Below, in pieces: positions 59,369-64,000 of a stretch of DNA of 64,000 bases; within the stretch, counting starts at the first letter, position 1; the number at the start of each line of letters is the position of its first letter. Made by a program: the position numbers and the translations under genes. The notes under the pieces were generated by a model that made no database searches, had not been told where the DNA came from, and saw only the letters and a program-made list of their open reading frames with translations. Source of the stretch: Felis catus (lineage: Eukaryota); contig NC_058383.1 of the NCBI RefSeq assembly GCF_018350175.1, positions 12,402,001 through 12,466,000 on the forward strand. Reading direction: 5' to 3'.

Positions 59369-60569
59369 AAGAAGAAGAAAAACGTGGAAAGAAAAGCCAG
59401 CAACAGAGGCAGAGAACGCAATCGGAGACGTAAGAACCAAGCACGTTCACACAGAAGCCAAAGGGGACCAGAATCTGGAGGACTGTAGTCAACAGTATTA
59501 AATCCAGGCCAATCATACACTGAGGGCGGTTCGAAGAACTGGGCAAGAAAAAAAGCCACTGGTGACTCAGAAGGTCGTTCCCAGCACAGCAATGGGAACC
59601 AAAGCCAGATCGCCCTGGTTGAGGAGCTGAGTCAGGGCAAGTCCCGTTTTCATGGTGGTGGCAGAGAAGGAGAAAGAATGGGCCACGCTCTGTGGCAAAA
59701 ACAAGAGAGAGAGGCTGGAGAGAGGCTGTGACTGCTCCTTGCAAAGGAACAGATCAGTGAATGAATAATTATTTTCAAAATGAAATGTCCTATGTAGTGC
59801 CTAACTCTCTGAGTACCACTAAACCCCAAATTCCATGTTACGATAACAAAAATAATCAGTGTCTGTGCAGGACTCCGTGGTTCACAACGCATGGGCTAGC
59901 GCTCTTTCTCTCTGGTGTATAAGCAAAACCGATCTACTCAAAACCCCAAACCAAGAATAGTCTTAGAATCTCTGATGAACTAAGACTCTAAAACCCTTCC
60001 TTTGATCAGGGACTGAGAGCACTTGAGAAGAATACTGTGGTAATCCTTCTACTCTCCGCCCTGGAAAAAAAAAAATGTACCAAGCACTGATGCAAATAGC
60101 AAATGCTTCTTTGTGCTTTGAACTAAAAATCGCACAATGCCGGGGGAGCAAGAGAAGTGTCCACGTGAAGATTTTCTCTAATGGAGACGAAGACAAAAAC
60201 CCACTTCGCAATATGATCAATGGGGCTCAGAAAGTAAAGCGAAAGTCATCTTCATGTTATCTGGATGCCCAGACTTCTGGCTCTGGAGTCATGCATTTAG
60301 TTTTTAGCTTTTTTTCTTTTTACAAGAATTTCCTCTTGCTCTTGGATGTCGAGAGCACCCATCCTTGGGCAAATGACGTCTACACCCCATCTTCACTGTG
60401 CATTAGCCGGTCAACCTCTTGAGCGAGGGGACCTTTGTATTCCCATGACACAGCACAGTGCGTCACATGTCACAGCCTTAGCTTTAGACTTAGCTTAAAG
60501 CCCTCATCATTTCTTGCCTGAACCAGAATGTTCCCTAATAGATACCCCTGCCTTTATTCTCTTCCATAA

Positions 60570-61075
60570 AGCAGCTCTCTATTGCTATGGAACGAATCCT
60601 CACAAAATGCAGTGTCTTGAAACAATAGTAATCTTTTCTCTTGCTCTGAAATGTGAAATTTGGCCAGGGCTCAGCAGGGACAGCCCCTCTCTGTTCCATG
60701 TGGCATTAGGCGGGATGGCTCACCTAGGGGCTGGGCGGTCCACTTCCAAGATGGCGCCCTCACAAGGCTGGTGAGTTGGTACAGGTTGCCAGCTGGGAGG
60801 TCAGCCCTGTCAGCTGGGGTCCCGCATTCCTCTTCGTGTGGACCTCTCCACAAATGCTTGGGGATCCTCATGGTGTGGTGGCTGACTTCCAAGAGCAAAC
60901 ATACCAAGAGAGCCAGGTGGAAGCTTTATTTCCGTCCCTGGTCTGGCTTGGAAGTCACTCACATCTTCAACCTGCCCAGACACTCCTCGGCTCAGTGAAA
61001 GGAGGGTCAATGTCATCTTATAGGAAGAGCATGTGGGATGGCTGATACTGCTTCAGCCATTTTATACAATCTGTC
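60570..61075 (-). mobile_element. MaLR LTR (MLT1F/G/H-like)
   Basis: ctattgctatggaacgaatcctcacaaaatgcagtgtcttgaaacaat...tccacttccaagatggc...gacctctccac...ctcatggtgtggtggctgacttcc. Confidence 0.75.
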
Positions 61076-61701
61076 ACATTCTCTAACCACCTTTCTCAAT
61101 GTTTCCAGAATTTTCTAGAACACAAATCTGACTGGGGCACCCCTCTGCCTGAAAACATCCAATGTTCACCTTTACTAAAATAATAAACTCTACACTGTTA
61201 GCAGAGGGTGCAGAGATGATGAGGAGGCAGGAGAGGCTTCCGTGACCTGGTCCCTGAATCCTTCCTGCTTTCACCTCTCACGTGGTTCTCCAAGGTCACA
61301 CTAGTCACCCCTGTTCCTCACTTATTCTTCTGCTATCTCCAAAAAGACATTTCACCTATCTGATCAGGTGCATCCTCACCCGGAAAGGATGAGTGACCAA
61401 CCCCATCGTCGTCCCCCAACCACCACTGGGGTTAAGGTACCCTCTGCAGGTCACGCAGACATCCTCCCATTGACCTTAGCTTTCTCCATTTTATGTAACC
61501 ATTTATTTTTCAGCCTGTCCTTGAAAATGACCTCCTGGAGAAAACACACCTTGTTTTATTTACATATATATGTATACATCACATACATGTATTACACGTA
61601 TATGTATACATCTCAGAACCTCACAACACTATATTAAAGGATAAAACAGACACACACAGAATAAGTAATCCGCTCAATATCACCAAGTGACACAAGATAG
61701 A

Positions 61702-61926
61702 ATTTTTTTAATGTTTTTTTATTTATTTATTAATTTTGAGAGAGAGGAAGGAAGAGAGAGAGCAAGCAGGGGAGGGGCAGAGAGAAAGGGAGAGAAGAAT
61801 TCCGACCAGGCTCTGCACTGTCAGCTGAGAGCCCGAGGCAGGTGTGGATCCCATGAAATGTGAGATCATGACCTGAGCTGAAACCAAGAGTCGGATGCTT
61901 AACCAAGTGAGCCACCCAGGTGCCCC
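61702..61926 (-). mobile_element. Can-SINE
   Basis: Antisense copy; TSD-like agatagaatttt / agctagaatttt. Confidence 0.94.
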
Positions 61927-63019
61927 TACAGCTAGAATTTTAAGCCAGAGTCTTTCTGGTTCTAAAGCCCTCTCTCCCCACAGAGGGTGATCTACACGGT
62001 TCTTGAATAGACCACTAAGGTACTACGAAGACACAAATCAGGCTCACGTTTCCTTCAGTTCTCCAAACGAACAAAATAAGTTTGAAAGATAAATATAAAG
62101 CCATCATAAAAACAGGCAGTAATCAAAAAACAAAGGGCCACAGCTTATGCCATAATCCTTTTTGAAGATCTAGGAGAAAGTCCTAGGACTTAATGCGTCC
62201 TGTAGCCATGTCCCCCCAGAAAGCAGAACAGACTGAAGATGGTCAATAAACAAAAGCCTAGAGTATCTCACAAATCCCTCATTATTTCTAGAGAGGCAGG
62301 CTGAGGGATGTGTACCAGTCAGGGGAAAAGATGTAGCAAAAGCTTCAAAATCAGAAGCCCTCCTCCACAATCTCAGTGTCTCACCTTTGCTTTCCCCTGG
62401 CGGAGAGGAAAGTTAGAGAGGGAATAAAGAATGATTATAATTGCTCAAAGCTAATTACCTTCAGCAATAACAGGGATTTCGAATTGCAGTAAAGAAAATA
62501 AATAAGACAAGCTATCCAGAGGGAGGGAGAAAGTTAGAAGAGGAAGAAACACCGAGAGACCTAGTTTTGTCCCCCTCTTCCCGTGATTTGAAACATGGTG
62601 GCTGGAATCCCTGGGTTTCTCCTTCTGTAACTACCACGGGCTGGGAACAGAAGCAAACCGACCCCTAGGGAGGAGGGGTGGGAAGTTTAAGAGAAACACC
62701 GGAAACAAATGTCCGTTTCCAGTGGAATTTTAGGACTCTACCTGGAATTAGGAAAATGGCCCGCAGCCCAAGAGTGACTTCCGCGACCACCGTAGGACAA
62801 CACTTTTAAACAAAGTTGTGGGAGGGAAAGCAGGAATTGGACCACCCAGCCTAACGCCCACATGCCCAGCTTGTTCTCCAGCACAAGAGCAGAGTCGAGT
62901 AATTGTAAGAATGACCCTCCGGCCAGCAAATCTGGCCCTTCACAGAAAAAGATTACTGACTCCTGATCTAAGGCATTCGCAAAACAGAAAACAAAAATAC
63001 GAATGGATGGGTTAAAAGA

Positions 63020-64000
63020 AAAAAAATAACATAAAATAAATACCCATCTACGATAATATGTAAGACAGGGTGGGCGATTCAATTGAAAGTGTTCCACGGT
63101 CCCTTACTGTTTGAAGAGAAAAGTCACTGGTTCATTTTGGATGTTAAGCTTTTTAAGTATATTGAAATTTTAAGAACAGTGACCAAAAGAATAGAAATAG
63201 AGTGAGATCTTCAAAAATAATAGAGGGGAAACATGAAATTTAAAAATACCATTGATTGCCCCCCCCTAAAAAATGGGGTGCCCGGGTGCCTCGGTCAGTT
63301 GAGCACCCTACTCCTGATTTTGGCTCAGGTCATAGTCCCAGGATCATGGGATCGAGCCCCAACATTCTTTCCCTCTCTGACCCTCTCCCTTGCTCATGCT
63401 CTCTCTCTAAAATAAAAAATAAAAATAAAAATACCATCGATCCACAAGAAGACAGAAAAAGAAAATCAACAAAGCAGAGAAAAGGCAGATTAAACAGAGA
63501 GTGAAAATGGGCTTCCAGGAAGACATTTAAATATACCCATCATAAATGTACACAGACAGACTAATATTCACCAGCTAATAGACAGAATGTCAGACTTCTT
63601 TTTTGAAAAAAAAAAAAAAACAATGATATGCCAGCATACGAAATGAGAATTAAAAATACAAAAAAAAAATCTGTCATAGCTTACCGATATCGAATGAAAG
63701 AGACTTCAAAGCTAAACCACGCTGTCGTGAATAAAGAGGGTTGCTATCACATTCAAAGGTTTGCTTCACCAGGATAATGCAGCAATTCCATATTTGTCCT
63801 GATTAACAGCACTGCCTCATTTATAAGATTGAAATTAACAGAAATAGAAGAGAAACCGTCAAGGCCATCAATGGAGTGGGAGTGAAATATATCTTTCCTA
63901 GGAAAAAATAAAGCATATAATCAGGGAGCTATAGAAGGTTTGAAGTACACAGTGAACGAGTTTCACCTAATGAATATGTCATGTATATCCCTATAGCAAA
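63020..64000 (+). mobile_element. Old L1 inter-ORF / ORF2 endonuclease remnant with a SINE (about 63275-63430)
   Basis: A-rich; gacttcaaagc...ataaagagggttgctatcac..tcaaaggtt...caccagga resembles the L1 endonuclease DKEGHY..IKG region. Confidence 0.65.

Noticed and set aside
56..63504. Recurrent short ORFs with AQVMIS / GSGHDL / LSLSLS motifs suggesting a gene family
   Set aside because: All map to Can-SINE copies
1..64000. CRISPR arrays, operons or other prokaryotic systems
   Set aside because: The sequence is mammalian throughout; no regularly interspaced repeats or long gene-like ORFs

Overview
Mammalian genomic DNA from a cat-family (felid) carnivore, judged from about 50 tRNA-derived Can-SINEs, several of the young SINEC_Fc type. 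I recognise no protein-coding exon. The ORF track is explained by SINEs, L1 remnants, simple repeats and chance, so the window looks intergenic or deep-intronic. It holds nested L1, L2/MIR, ERVL/MaLR LTR and DNA-transposon fossils, a CpG island at about 27.8-29.3 kb, a 730-bp hierarchical (CAT/CAC)n array and a 200-bp (GGAA)n tract. The best-supported unusual observations are three tiny insertions with target-site duplications (TSDs): a tailless 33-nt U2 snRNA 5' fragment inside the CpG island, a tailless 73-nt fragment resembling an L1 extreme 5' end, and an A-tail-only insertion. I cannot support a claim of a new multi-gene system. Repeat family names come from remembered consensus sequences, and the boundaries of old repeats are approximate.
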